This document shows positions 21,316 to 31,003 of a stretch of DNA of 64,000 bases, piece after piece. Numbering within the stretch: the first letter of the stretch is position 1; each line of letters starts with the position of its first letter. Under the pieces are notes generated by a model. The model was not told where the DNA came from and did no database searches. It saw nothing but the letters and a program-made list of their open reading frames with translations. Source of the DNA: a virus; IMG/VR virus record IMGVR_UViG_3300013014_001174, positions 14,220 through 78,219 of that record; one strand, given 5' to 3'. Made by a program: the position numbers and the translations under genes.

Positions 21316-21338
21316 AATTATTTTTAATTATAAATATA

Positions 21339-23117
21339 TCAATCTTTAAGTATTTTTAATAATTCATCTTCGATAGCACCAAGAGAACTATTTTTTATTA
21401 TAAAATCATCATCATTTGATTCTAATAATAGATTCTCCAATTTAGCTCTACTTTCTGGCAAACCACCTAAATCACCTCCCGCTGGTGGTGATGGTGGCCC
21501 TGAAGGTGGTGCTCCTCCTGCAGGTGGTGCTCCTCCTGCGGCTTCACCACCTTCGGTTGTTCCGCTTATAGTTTTATATAATCTATCAATATTATCAAAT
21601 AATCCGGTGTGAGTAATGATTGTTGCGGTATTTGCAAGTTCTGCAGCAACAGCTCTTTCCATTCTTTGTCTTTGAGTGTCAAGTTTAATATCTTCATCTG
21701 AAAAACCAAAAATATGTTTTTTTGCCCACGTTGCTGAAGTTGGTGCCAATGTATTTGGAATTTCTGTAACCATATCTTTATACAATGTTACTTTTTCTTT
21801 CCACACATCAACCATTAAAAGATCGGCTTGTTTTGACGGATTATTTAAACCTAATGTAAAGTTCTGTAACTCATCTTCAAAACCTAATAAGAATAAATGA
21901 ATTATTGCAACTTTATTTAATTCTGATAAAATATTTTTTTGTATTCTATTAATTGTTCTTGCAAAACGGATATCAAGTAACGATAAGTTTTTACCATCAC
22001 CAACAACCTCTTCAAAACCAAGGTATGCTTTAGGTATTCTTAATGCTGTTACCAATTTCTTTTGGATGTACTCAATATCGGCGATTTCAGATAGATTTGT
22101 TCCACCTGGTAAAGTTTCAATTGGCATTGTTTGTGTTGCATCTCTTACTGGAATAAAATAATCTTGGTCAACAGCCATTTGGTTAAATCTTAAATCGACA
22201 TTACCTGTTTTATGGTCAACAACTTGATCTCTTTTAAATTTATTGGCAACACGTTGTACATATGGTTCAACGTCTTTATCATCCATATTTCCAACAAATA
22301 CCTTAAATACCCTTCTTTCTGGTGCTCTTGATGTACGATAAATTAACATCGCATCTTCAGCCAAAACCAATTGTTTCCAAATTCTTCTTGCTTTTTCAAG
22401 CATAGATGTACCATAAGGAAGTTTTCTATCATCACCAAGTAATCTAAAGTGTGCGATTTCAAAAGTATTAAAAGACATATTCTTTTCTTTCCAATTAAAT
22501 CTTAAACCTTTTTCTGCTGGGTTATTTTCAGAATTTGCCGTTTTTGGGGTCATTCCCCTTTCTAATCTTTCAATCTCAATGTTTGGTAATTGTACACCAC
22601 CAATAATTCCTTTTTCTGGGTCTAATTTTAGATATACAAAGTTATCACCATACTTACAAGTGTTTCTAATCCACATTTGTAAGTTTGTGTTAATATCTAA
22701 TGTGTTATTAAATAAATCTGCAAGAATTCCTTTTATTCTTTTTGATTCAGAATATATTTGTAAAATATGTCCGTCTTCATTTGGGGTTGTAGATTCTTCA
22801 GCGTATATATCAAGTGCTGTTGAAATCTCTGGTGTAAACTCCATAGATTCGTAATCATAAAATGCCGCTAGTCTTGTTGGTTCATAATAAATTGCCTGAG
22901 TATATAGGTTACTTTCTATTTTTTGCCATTGATTTGATAAATATAGTGTTTGTTGAGCTTGGAGTTTTTCCTTCTCAAATTCATTTTTATCTCTTGTTTT
23001 TAACAGGTCTTGTTTACTAAACTTATGTGTTGGTACATCTTGCCCTAATAATGAATTAGGACCAAATGCTTTATTAAGTCTTTGCCAAACTGTAAGTTGA
23101 TTTGTATTTTGTTCCAT
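21339..23117 (-). CDS. portal protein (T4 gp20-like)
   Basis: EDAMLIYRTSRAPERRVF, DYFIPVR, IETLPGG motifs. Confidence 0.95.
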   Translation of the reverse strand: MEQNTNQLTVWQRLNKAFGPNSLLGQDVPTHKFSKQDLLKTRDKNEFEKEKLQAQQTLYLSNQWQKIESNLYTQAIYYEPTRLAAFYDYESMEFTPEISTALDIYAEESTTPNEDGHILQIYSESKRIKGILADLFNNTLDINTNLQMWIRNTCKYGDNFVYLKLDPEKGIIGGVQLPNIEIERLERGMTPKTANSENNPAEKGLRFNWKEKNMSFNTFEIAHFRLLGDDRKLPYGTSMLEKARRIWKQLVLAEDAMLIYRTSRAPERRVFKVFVGNMDDKDVEPYVQRVANKFKRDQVVDHKTGNVDLRFNQMAVDQDYFIPVRDATQTMPIETLPGGTNLSEIADIEYIQKKLVTALRIPKAYLGFEEVVGDGKNLSLLDIRFARTINRIQKNILSELNKVAIIHLFLLGFEDELQNFTLGLNNPSKQADLLMVDVWKEKVTLYKDMVTEIPNTLAPTSATWAKKHIFGFSDEDIKLDTQRQRMERAVAAELANTATIITHTGLFDNIDRLYKTISGTTEGGEAAGGAPPAGGAPPSGPPSPPAGGDLGGLPESRAKLENLLLESNDDDFIIKNSSLGAIEDELLKILKD

Positions 23118-23157
23118 AATAGAAGTTTAATTTATAATTATCAAATATAAATATTCA

Positions 23158-23427
23158 TTAGTATATAATGTTTTCACCACTTTCTGTTAGTATTACTTCT
23201 TGTAGTTCTGTTAGAATATAAAAAGTATCAACTACTGGTGTTGGGGTTGGTGTCGGCGCTGGGGGTTGACTTGGTTGTGGGATTTCTCTAAAAGTGTCTT
23301 TTGGTGTTCCTCTTTTATATTGAAAAGTTGGGGGAAAATTTTTTACAGAATATATTGGTTGGTCAGGTACTATTAAATTAGCACCACCAAATATTCTACC
23401 CGAAGTTTTTCTTCTATCTAAACCCAT
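23158..23427 (-). CDS. hypothetical Pro-rich protein
   Basis: ORF between terminase and portal. Confidence 0.55.
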   Translation of the reverse strand: MGLDRRKTSGRIFGGANLIVPDQPIYSVKNFPPTFQYKRGTPKDTFREIPQPSQPPAPTPTPTPVVDTFYILTELQEVILTESGENIIY

Positions 23428-23435
23428 AATAATAA

Positions 23436-25208
23436 TTATCTTTTACCACCAAATAACCAACCGTATTTCATATAATCATCTTTTGATGGTCCAGAATTCA
23501 TTTTCATTCTTTCATTAAGCATATTACCATTTGGTATCATTGGGTCAAAATGAATTTGTTTACCAACAGAATCATTGTTTGCAACCGTCCAAGAGTCTAT
23601 CATTACTTTTGTTTTTTCAACAACCTTTTCAAGTTTTGAGAATGAAGATTCGCCAACATAGATTGCAATTGAAATCCCCATAATAAGGTCATCGTGTTGA
23701 CCCCTTTGATGATCCGGTCTTCCATTTACATAAACAAAAGTGTTCATCTCGTTGTATAACCGAACACTTTTAATTTTAAATTTATGTCTAACATACTCTT
23801 CAAACGCCGCAATAATTTGAACACGTTTATTATTAAAATTTATTCCAGGAATTTTATCTTGATTTTTTGGGTTATAAGACCAAATATTTGTAGAATCAAC
23901 ACCATCAATATATAAATTTTTATATCCAAGTTCCTGCATTTTTCTAACAGTTGTAATACCCATACCACCGGTGATATCAACAACACAAAATGCATTATAC
24001 ATTAATCCCCATTTAAAGGCTATTTCAGCTAATGCGTCTGGGGGTATCTTCCCAACATATTCTAAAACTTGTTCTCTTTCATCAAAATCAATTATTTGTA
24101 TAGTTGAGAAGTCTTCACTATCCCCACGAGATACGTCAACACCCATAATGTATTTATGACCTTGCTCTGGTTCTTTCCACATCCACAAAGAATTTCCCAT
24201 CATTTTATTTGGAGCGTCTTGTACTGTATTTGTTTTTATCCATTCAAGTTCTTTAGAATCAAATACGTTATCACCCGATCCTAGAAATTCACAGTTAAGC
24301 TCTTGGTTAATTTTACGTTTATCGTATTTTAACTTTTTAACCATTTTTTCATACCAAGTAGAGCAAGGTTTGTATCCTTGTGAGAAATATTCTTTTATTT
24401 TATCATAGTCTCTTTCGTATGGGTCAGTATCGGCAAATGATATATTTTTAGAATGGTCTTTTTCATCTTTATTTAGTAGATAATCAACCATATCATCAGT
24501 TGGTACCAAATATAGGTCTTTTGAATATCTTGGGTCTTTCCACCAAAACATTTCAGAAATTTTAAAGTTGTTAATTCCTTTAACAGCTTGACTATAAACA
24601 TCATGATAAATTGGGTCATATCCGTTTGGTGTGGAAACAACAATTACTTTACCCCCCGTAGAAAGGGATGCCATACAAGCAGCCCAGAAATCACCATCAG
24701 CTTCTATAAACGCGGCCTCATCAAATACAAGTACCGTAGGTGTGTAACCCCTCAAGGCATCGCGTGATGTTGCAACCGCTTTTACTTCACAACCATTTGT
24801 TAATTTATAATGTCTTTGCGAGTTTTTATCTACGGAAAATCCAGAACCAACCCATTTAGGCCATTGATCAACAAAAGCCCTAATCTTATTTGCCATCTCC
24901 ATTGACGTATCAAGTTTGTTGGCAATAATCAATATTTTTTCTGGTTGTTCTTTTTTTGCAAATACAAGTCTTTTTGATATCCAAGCGGCTGTTACCGTTG
25001 ACACACCAGCTTGACGGTATTTTAATGCGATATTTTCTTCGTAATCTTCATAATCTTTAAGAAGTGAAACTTGATCTGGGAATAATTCCAAAGGGACATA
25101 TCTTGATACGGTATTATCATATGTCTGTAAGTAGGTTCTTAATGCGTATGGCGTATCTTTCATACATCTTACATACTCAAGCATTATTTGTTCTTTTGAT
25201 AAACTCAT
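23436..25208 (-). CDS. terminase large subunit (T4 gp17-like)
   Basis: RQAGVST Walker A variant, FDEAAF Walker B, STPNG, GVDVSRG, HDDL. Confidence 0.95.
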   Translation of the reverse strand: MSLSKEQIMLEYVRCMKDTPYALRTYLQTYDNTVSRYVPLELFPDQVSLLKDYEDYEENIALKYRQAGVSTVTAAWISKRLVFAKKEQPEKILIIANKLDTSMEMANKIRAFVDQWPKWVGSGFSVDKNSQRHYKLTNGCEVKAVATSRDALRGYTPTVLVFDEAAFIEADGDFWAACMASLSTGGKVIVVSTPNGYDPIYHDVYSQAVKGINNFKISEMFWWKDPRYSKDLYLVPTDDMVDYLLNKDEKDHSKNISFADTDPYERDYDKIKEYFSQGYKPCSTWYEKMVKKLKYDKRKINQELNCEFLGSGDNVFDSKELEWIKTNTVQDAPNKMMGNSLWMWKEPEQGHKYIMGVDVSRGDSEDFSTIQIIDFDEREQVLEYVGKIPPDALAEIAFKWGLMYNAFCVVDITGGMGITTVRKMQELGYKNLYIDGVDSTNIWSYNPKNQDKIPGINFNNKRVQIIAAFEEYVRHKFKIKSVRLYNEMNTFVYVNGRPDHQRGQHDDLIMGISIAIYVGESSFSKLEKVVEKTKVMIDSWTVANNDSVGKQIHFDPMIPNGNMLNERMKMNSGPSKDDYMKYGWLFGGKR

Positions 25209-25231
25209 AAAGATATTTTAATATAAATATC

Positions 25232-25265
25232 AAAACCCCCAGTTATTTTCATAAAAGGGGGTTTT
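25232..25265. terminator. intrinsic terminator
   Basis: AAAACCCCC...GGGGGTTTT. Confidence 0.6.
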
Positions 25266-25286
25266 GTAGTACAATATATTATTTAA

Positions 25287-26669
25287 TTATAAACCTAGTC
25301 TTGTTAAAATATCATCATCTTCTTCATCATCGTCGTAGTCGTCATCATCGTCATCATCACCTTCTTTATATTTTTTGTAGTTAGCTTTTGCTTGTTGTAA
25401 TAATTCATTAAATTTTTTAGTTGCTTTATCGTTATCCGACTTATCATCAGAAACAACATTTGCAATTACATCTTTTAAAAATTCTTCAGCTGGAATACTA
25501 TAAAGTAGCTGCTCAAAAAACGGAATATATTTTTTTCCTTCATTATCTAAAGTTAATTCGTCCGGAAGTAATGTCCTTAATTTTCTTACAAGTTCACCAC
25601 CAACACGGAAATTCATTGGTTCATTTTGCATTGTATCTGTTTGTGAAATAACTTGTGTTGCCATTTCTGGATCCATATCTTTCCATTGTGCTCTTGATTG
25701 TACCATTGAAAATGATTTAAACAATTCGTGAAGTAAGATTGGAAATATTACTCCGTTTGCGTAATATGTGTCATTATCATCTTGTTCTTCGCCACCTTCG
25801 TCGTCATCTTCATCTTCATCACTATTCGGTTCTGACATCTTACCCGCGGCACCAGCGGCATTTCCACCCAAAGCTTCAATTAAGTCCTCATCGGTAAAAT
25901 ACATTAAATCATTCGCACCCATAATCTTATTGTATAATGGATATAATCCTGGATCAATAGCATCTAACCTATCTTTAAACATTTGATATGCAAATTGTCC
26001 ACGTTTTCCTTTACCCATTATAATTGCATTGATAATGTTTCTTTTTTCAATCTCCAATTGTTTTTGTTCTTCTGGTGTTAATTCATCAATATCAAAAGAA
26101 AAATTTGGAGGTAACGGTAGTTTTTGTTCTTTTTGTGATTTCATTTGGAATATACTTGGGTCAATTCTTTGTTCACCTAAAAACGTTAACATATTGACAA
26201 AGTCAAATTCATAAACAATCCCACCTTCTTTTCTATTTTTAACAACAAGACCTTCCTCAACAGCTTCTTCCATAGTTTTATTATACGGCATCCACCCTTC
26301 TTCTTTTGCGGCAATCTCAACGGCTAAATCTCTTAATTGTTCACGGTAACGAGGTTCAATCTGCATAGCTTGTCTAACGGATAATATTTGTTCCATTTGA
26401 ATCGCTCTTTTTACTGTAGGCTCTGTTATATTCCTTTCAGTACTATAATACCTTTTGACGTAGTCAACAATCTCTTTAAATCTTTTACCGGTAATTTTTT
26501 CAACATCTGAAACACCACCACGAAACCCTCTATTTTTTGCATAAAGCCCCTCTGGATCCTCAATTCTTTGTTGAGTCTTTGGGTCCATTCTTTCTGGATA
26601 ATCACCATAATCAACTGGCGCTTCGTTAACTATTTTTCTTATAAGTCTTTCTATGTCTCTATTTCCCAT
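25287..26669 (-). CDS. hypothetical protein with acidic tracts
   Basis: 460 aa; N-terminal ERLIRKIVNE motif. Confidence 0.6.
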   Translation of the reverse strand: MGNRDIERLIRKIVNEAPVDYGDYPERMDPKTQQRIEDPEGLYAKNRGFRGGVSDVEKITGKRFKEIVDYVKRYYSTERNITEPTVKRAIQMEQILSVRQAMQIEPRYREQLRDLAVEIAAKEEGWMPYNKTMEEAVEEGLVVKNRKEGGIVYEFDFVNMLTFLGEQRIDPSIFQMKSQKEQKLPLPPNFSFDIDELTPEEQKQLEIEKRNIINAIIMGKGKRGQFAYQMFKDRLDAIDPGLYPLYNKIMGANDLMYFTDEDLIEALGGNAAGAAGKMSEPNSDEDEDDDEGGEEQDDNDTYYANGVIFPILLHELFKSFSMVQSRAQWKDMDPEMATQVISQTDTMQNEPMNFRVGGELVRKLRTLLPDELTLDNEGKKYIPFFEQLLYSIPAEEFLKDVIANVVSDDKSDNDKATKKFNELLQQAKANYKKYKEGDDDDDDDYDDDEEDDDILTRLGL

Positions 26670-26672
26670 TTT

Positions 26673-27896
26673 TTATTTATTTAAAATTGATTCTATTGCT
26701 GACATAAAGTCATTTTTTTGTTCTTCAGCTTTTGGTTGTTCTTTAACACCAGGATTTGGATCTCTGAATGGATTTTTTCTTGTTGGCGTTTTAGTTTTTT
26801 CCCTTTCCTTTGTTCTTTCTTTTTCCCTTGTGTTTGCTTTTGGTTGTTCCTTAACCCCTGGATTAGGATCTTTAAAAGGATTTTTTCTTGTCGGTGTTTT
26901 AGTTCCCGGTTTAGTTTTAGTTTTTTCCTTTTCTTTTGTGTCTTCTTTCATTTCTTTAGATATACTAGTTAATCTCCCAATTGGTAACTTCATTTTACCG
27001 TTTGGTTGAAACATAGTATTTTTTTTTGGATTGCTCAACATAAATTTTTCTGACTTATCAACTTTTTCTTGGATTGTTCTTAATAATTCACCTTTTGTCA
27101 TACTAGGTTCAATATGTTTTTCAATCATATTGAATATTTGTTCTTCTAAATACTTTTCATAGTTTTCGTCTGTATTTTTTCTTTTTACAGTTTTTTCTGG
27201 GTGTTTTTTTTCTGGCATATCTTTATATTGTTTTTTTGATGTACTATCGGAAAATTCTTTAGCCATTTCACACCATTTCTTTTTCTTAACACCTTTACTT
27301 GTATTACATTTAGCCCAAAAGAATCCTTGTTGTGCTTTTGATTCAAATTTTTCTTTAATCTCTTCCTTAATAGCGGGACCCTTAGCGCCCGTAACAACCT
27401 GTACTTTATTTGTCCCTGGTTGTTTTCTAATCTCAACTCCACCAGTGGCAGGGTCGTTAGGTACTGCCATACCTTTACTTAAATCAGTATCATCTAAAGT
27501 TGTAATAGTTTGAGATACTTCTTGTGTTGTTGCTTCTTTAGTTTCTTTTGATTTTCCTTTAAATAAAGGTTTTGCTATTCTGTATAATTCCCCAGCCATT
27601 TTATTAAGTTTAGAACCATTTGGTGATTTTGCCCAATAAGCAAGTCCTTTAATTTTATCTAATACTTGTTCGTCAGAAAAATCATCTGGATTGTCACCTA
27701 AACCTAAATCTATTTTATTATTTTTAATAAAAGCTTTCATAGCTTTTATAGAGTCTTTTTTTGCCTGCTCGACATCACCCATAGGTTTAAAAAATTTTTC
27801 AGCTAATAATTTAACTTCGTTTGGTTTCATTTTAGAAATTGTACTGAAATGGATTCCATTTTCTAATAATATACTGACGTTTCTGTTAGTTTTCAT
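26673..27896 (-). CDS. Lys-rich hypothetical protein with duplicated C-terminal module
   Basis: KTPTRKNPF(K/R)DPNPGVKEQPKA twice; start assumed at MKTNRN. Confidence 0.6.
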   Translation of the reverse strand: MKTNRNVSILLENGIHFSTISKMKPNEVKLLAEKFFKPMGDVEQAKKDSIKAMKAFIKNNKIDLGLGDNPDDFSDEQVLDKIKGLAYWAKSPNGSKLNKMAGELYRIAKPLFKGKSKETKEATTQEVSQTITTLDDTDLSKGMAVPNDPATGGVEIRKQPGTNKVQVVTGAKGPAIKEEIKEKFESKAQQGFFWAKCNTSKGVKKKKWCEMAKEFSDSTSKKQYKDMPEKKHPEKTVKRKNTDENYEKYLEEQIFNMIEKHIEPSMTKGELLRTIQEKVDKSEKFMLSNPKKNTMFQPNGKMKLPIGRLTSISKEMKEDTKEKEKTKTKPGTKTPTRKNPFKDPNPGVKEQPKANTREKERTKEREKTKTPTRKNPFRDPNPGVKEQPKAEEQKNDFMSAIESILNK

Positions 27897-28293
27897 AAAC
27901 AACTTTTTTTTCAAATTGTAACACAAGATCTCTCTCGTATAATTTATCTTTTACATCCTGTTCTTGGTCCCCATATTTGAAAACCAATCTTTTAACCAAT
28001 GAAAAATCAATTTCATCTTCTTTTTCCCAACCTAGGGCAATAACACCGTCAATTGAATCTTGAACCGAAAAAACATCTGAATTTTGTACCAATTCCAATG
28101 TGATTTCATTGTGTGTTAATGTCCCAACTTTTTTTATATGTTCAACATCTGGTGGACTTGGGTATCCATTTGCTGGTCTTGCTTCCCAATTTTCACCCCA
28201 AACATCTTCCAAAGAGTCACTAAAAATAAATTCATAAATGTTTTCACCCTTATAGTTGGGTCCCAAACCATTTATGTATAATAAGTAACTCAT
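27886..28293 (-). CDS. hypothetical protein
   Basis: ORF overlapping neighbours. Confidence 0.6.
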   Translation of the reverse strand: MSYLLYINGLGPNYKGENIYEFIFSDSLEDVWGENWEARPANGYPSPPDVEHIKKVGTLTHNEITLELVQNSDVFSVQDSIDGVIALGWEKEDEIDFSLVKRLVFKYGDQEQDVKDKLYERDLVLQFEKKVVYEN

Positions 28294-29810
28294 ATCACTA
28301 GTCCGTTGATTGTAACTTTTGTGTTAATAACCCCTTCTTTAAATACCAAACTTCCTTTATTAGTTTTTCCAATAAGAACCGAAACTGGATTTTTTTCCAT
28401 ATATTTTAATGCCATTCTTTCTTGTCTGATACTTTCAGAAAGATTTTTAACATTCATATAATTTGTTTCTTTTAATTTTTCGTATTTTTCTATTTTTTGT
28501 ATTTTTTTCTTTTCTTCAGAAATAATTTCTTTTTTCTGTGTTGTAAAATATTGTGAAATAATTTTATCAACCTTTGATTCACTAAAAGTACCATGTGTTA
28601 AATGGTCATAGTTATGTCTTGGTTCTCTAGCGCCACGTCTAGTATATTCTTCGCCCCATTCACGGGTCGTATCTTTTAAGGCTTCTGCTGTTTGACCTTT
28701 TACACTAGAATATATTGCGTCGCCAAGTGTTGCCATTTCACCTAAATCATATTCTGTCATTTCACCACCAGCAGGGGGCGGTGGGGGTAAAGCTCCTTCT
28801 TCTTCTTCGTCAAATGCTGGTTCTGGCAATTCTTCATCATTCATTTCTTCATCATCCATTTCTTCATCTTCGTCTTCATTGCCTTTTTCATCAAAATCAC
28901 CTTCTAATCTTGAAATAATTTCTTCTAAATCGTCATCATCTAACAAATCAACGTCAAGAGCTGATAATATAGAATTTATGATGTATTTAACATCATTAGG
29001 ATCCATATCGTCTTCACTATTATATTTTCTAATTCTTTGCGCTAATTTACCTGTAAGTTTTTGAATTACTTTAAATGTGGTACCACCTTCTTTTTTTGAT
29101 TTTCCTTCACCTTCTGGATCTTCTTCATCATCCATATCGTCCATTGGTGGCGGGGGTAATTCTTCATCACCCATATCGTCCATTGGTGGTGGCAGCCCTT
29201 CTTCACCTCCAGTCGCAGTATCTGGTGGTGGCATACCTTCTCCACCCATATCATCTATTGGTGGTGGTAACCCTTCTTCACCCCCTGTCGCACTAGCGTC
29301 TGGTGGTGTCATACCCATACCTCCCATATCATCCATAGGCGGTCCAGCTGGTGCTGGTGGTGTTACTGGAGCTGCCGCTGGTGGAGGTAAAGCTCCTTCA
29401 GGTTCGGTTGGTTCAGCTTTTTTTTTACCAGGAAGTTTTAGTTTGAACTTTTTTTTTTGCTCGGTAAATAAAGACATACCCTCTTCATTTCCGTACATTT
29501 GATTAAAGTCTTTAGCCATAAGGTTTAACTTTTTCAATGCTTGTGAGTAAGAAGGAAAATATTTTCTATTTTGGATAGGTTCAATATAATCAGAATTAAT
29601 ATCATCATAACTTTCTTTGATTATATATCCCAATCTTTCTCTTACGATTGTATATGTTTTACCGTCAGCTAATTCAGCTGTATATTCTGTTTTTTTATCT
29701 TCATTTACTGGTTGTGGAATAGATTCATTGTATCTAGCAATTTCCATAATTCTACGAATTTTATCCATGCCTTCCAATTTTTCACTTCCGATTGGTCTTA
29801 ATCCTCCCAT
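28290..29810 (-). CDS. Pro/acid-rich putative head protein
   Basis: low-complexity PPPMDDMG repeats. Confidence 0.6.
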   Translation of the reverse strand: MGGLRPIGSEKLEGMDKIRRIMEIARYNESIPQPVNEDKKTEYTAELADGKTYTIVRERLGYIIKESYDDINSDYIEPIQNRKYFPSYSQALKKLNLMAKDFNQMYGNEEGMSLFTEQKKKFKLKLPGKKKAEPTEPEGALPPPAAAPVTPPAPAGPPMDDMGGMGMTPPDASATGGEEGLPPPIDDMGGEGMPPPDTATGGEEGLPPPMDDMGDEELPPPPMDDMDDEEDPEGEGKSKKEGGTTFKVIQKLTGKLAQRIRKYNSEDDMDPNDVKYIINSILSALDVDLLDDDDLEEIISRLEGDFDEKGNEDEDEEMDDEEMNDEELPEPAFDEEEEGALPPPPPAGGEMTEYDLGEMATLGDAIYSSVKGQTAEALKDTTREWGEEYTRRGAREPRHNYDHLTHGTFSESKVDKIISQYFTTQKKEIISEEKKKIQKIEKYEKLKETNYMNVKNLSESIRQERMALKYMEKNPVSVLIGKTNKGSLVFKEGVINTKVTINGLVI

Positions 29811-29885
29811 AGTATGTTTTTTTGAATAAATTATTTTTTCTTAATAAATATATCAATCATTAAGATTATTTTGTTTTTTATTAAA

Positions 29886-30617
29886 TTATTGGTTCATAGA
29901 TAATTTATTATCTAAAATTTTTGTTGTAGAATCGTGTAATTTTTCTATATAACCATTTCTTCTTAAAATTTTAAAAACAAGGTTTTCTGTCGAATACTCA
30001 CCACCCTTTTCAAGCCCACAAGTTCTATATTTTTTTAACTTATCTTTATATTTCTGAACCATTTTTTTTGCCGTACTTGCGTCATCATCTTTTATTGTAT
30101 CCAATAAGTCATCTATTATGTTCATCCATTGTTTCGCCTTTTCTTTAATCAATTCTTTATCAATTGTAACATCTTCTTTTTTTGGCGTGCTTGCCCATTC
30201 ATCAAATAATATAGAATAAACCCCACTTGAAAAGTGTGATTCTGTTTCGTTTTGAACGTATAATTCAACTTCATAACCCTTTATTGTAATGTCGTGTTTT
30301 TGGTTAAATAACATTTTTTTTAATGTAAAAAGTTTTTCGTATAGTTCAATTTGATTTTCTTGGTATTGTTGGAAATTTGCAACAATGTGTAAATCAAAAT
30401 CAGAATACTTTGACCAATTATAATTAGATAATGAACCAGTAAGGATTATGTCAGTAACAACAATTTCGACATCTAAAAATTCGATAAATTCGTAAGCAAT
30501 TTCAAGTAGCCTTTCCCTTATTTCAGGTTTTAAATTTGGTTCTTTTTTATTACCCTCCCAAACTTTTGGGTTTAATTCATCTTGAGGTTCAAAACTTTTT
30601 AATAATTCGGTTTCCAT
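29886..30617 (-). CDS. nucleotidyltransferase (Pol-beta superfamily)
   Basis: GS...SDFDLH catalytic signature. Confidence 0.75.
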   Translation of the reverse strand: METELLKSFEPQDELNPKVWEGNKKEPNLKPEIRERLLEIAYEFIEFLDVEIVVTDIILTGSLSNYNWSKYSDFDLHIVANFQQYQENQIELYEKLFTLKKMLFNQKHDITIKGYEVELYVQNETESHFSSGVYSILFDEWASTPKKEDVTIDKELIKEKAKQWMNIIDDLLDTIKDDDASTAKKMVQKYKDKLKKYRTCGLEKGGEYSTENLVFKILRRNGYIEKLHDSTTKILDNKLSMNQ

Positions 30618-30642
30618 TAAATATAAATATTATGAAAATGGA

Positions 30643-30888
30643 TTAACTCAATTTCTTATACTTAAAAGTTTTTGAAATGTTTGTATTAAAAAATGAACCT
30701 TGTGATTTTGCAGTTCTAAATGATGTATAAGTCTGATGTGGAACATCTTCATATTCATATTTTATACCATTTTTAAATTCTGTAATCATTTTTTTTGTTT
30801 CGGTATCGTATTCAGTTCTAACGATATTTGAAGATTCGACTTCATTTATGATTTTAGTTCCTTTGATTTCTTCTTTAGTAATTGCCAT
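30643..30888 (-). CDS. KTSC-domain protein
   Basis: SSNI...YD......F.NG..YEY.DVP......AKSQGSFFN.NI. Confidence 0.85.
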   Translation of the reverse strand: MAITKEEIKGTKIINEVESSNIVRTEYDTETKKMITEFKNGIKYEYEDVPHQTYTSFRTAKSQGSFFNTNISKTFKYKKLS

Positions 30889-31003
30889 ATTGTAAAATTT
30901 TATAATAAATATTATAGTAACACAAAATCAATTGTATATGATAGCCAGCGTTAAATTATTGACATACCATAATTTTATGTCTAAATTTTGAAGAAAAAAG
31001 ATT

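Noticed and set aside
29066-29502. Overlapping alternative-frame ORFs in the Pro-rich gene
   Set aside because: Artefacts of low-complexity sequence
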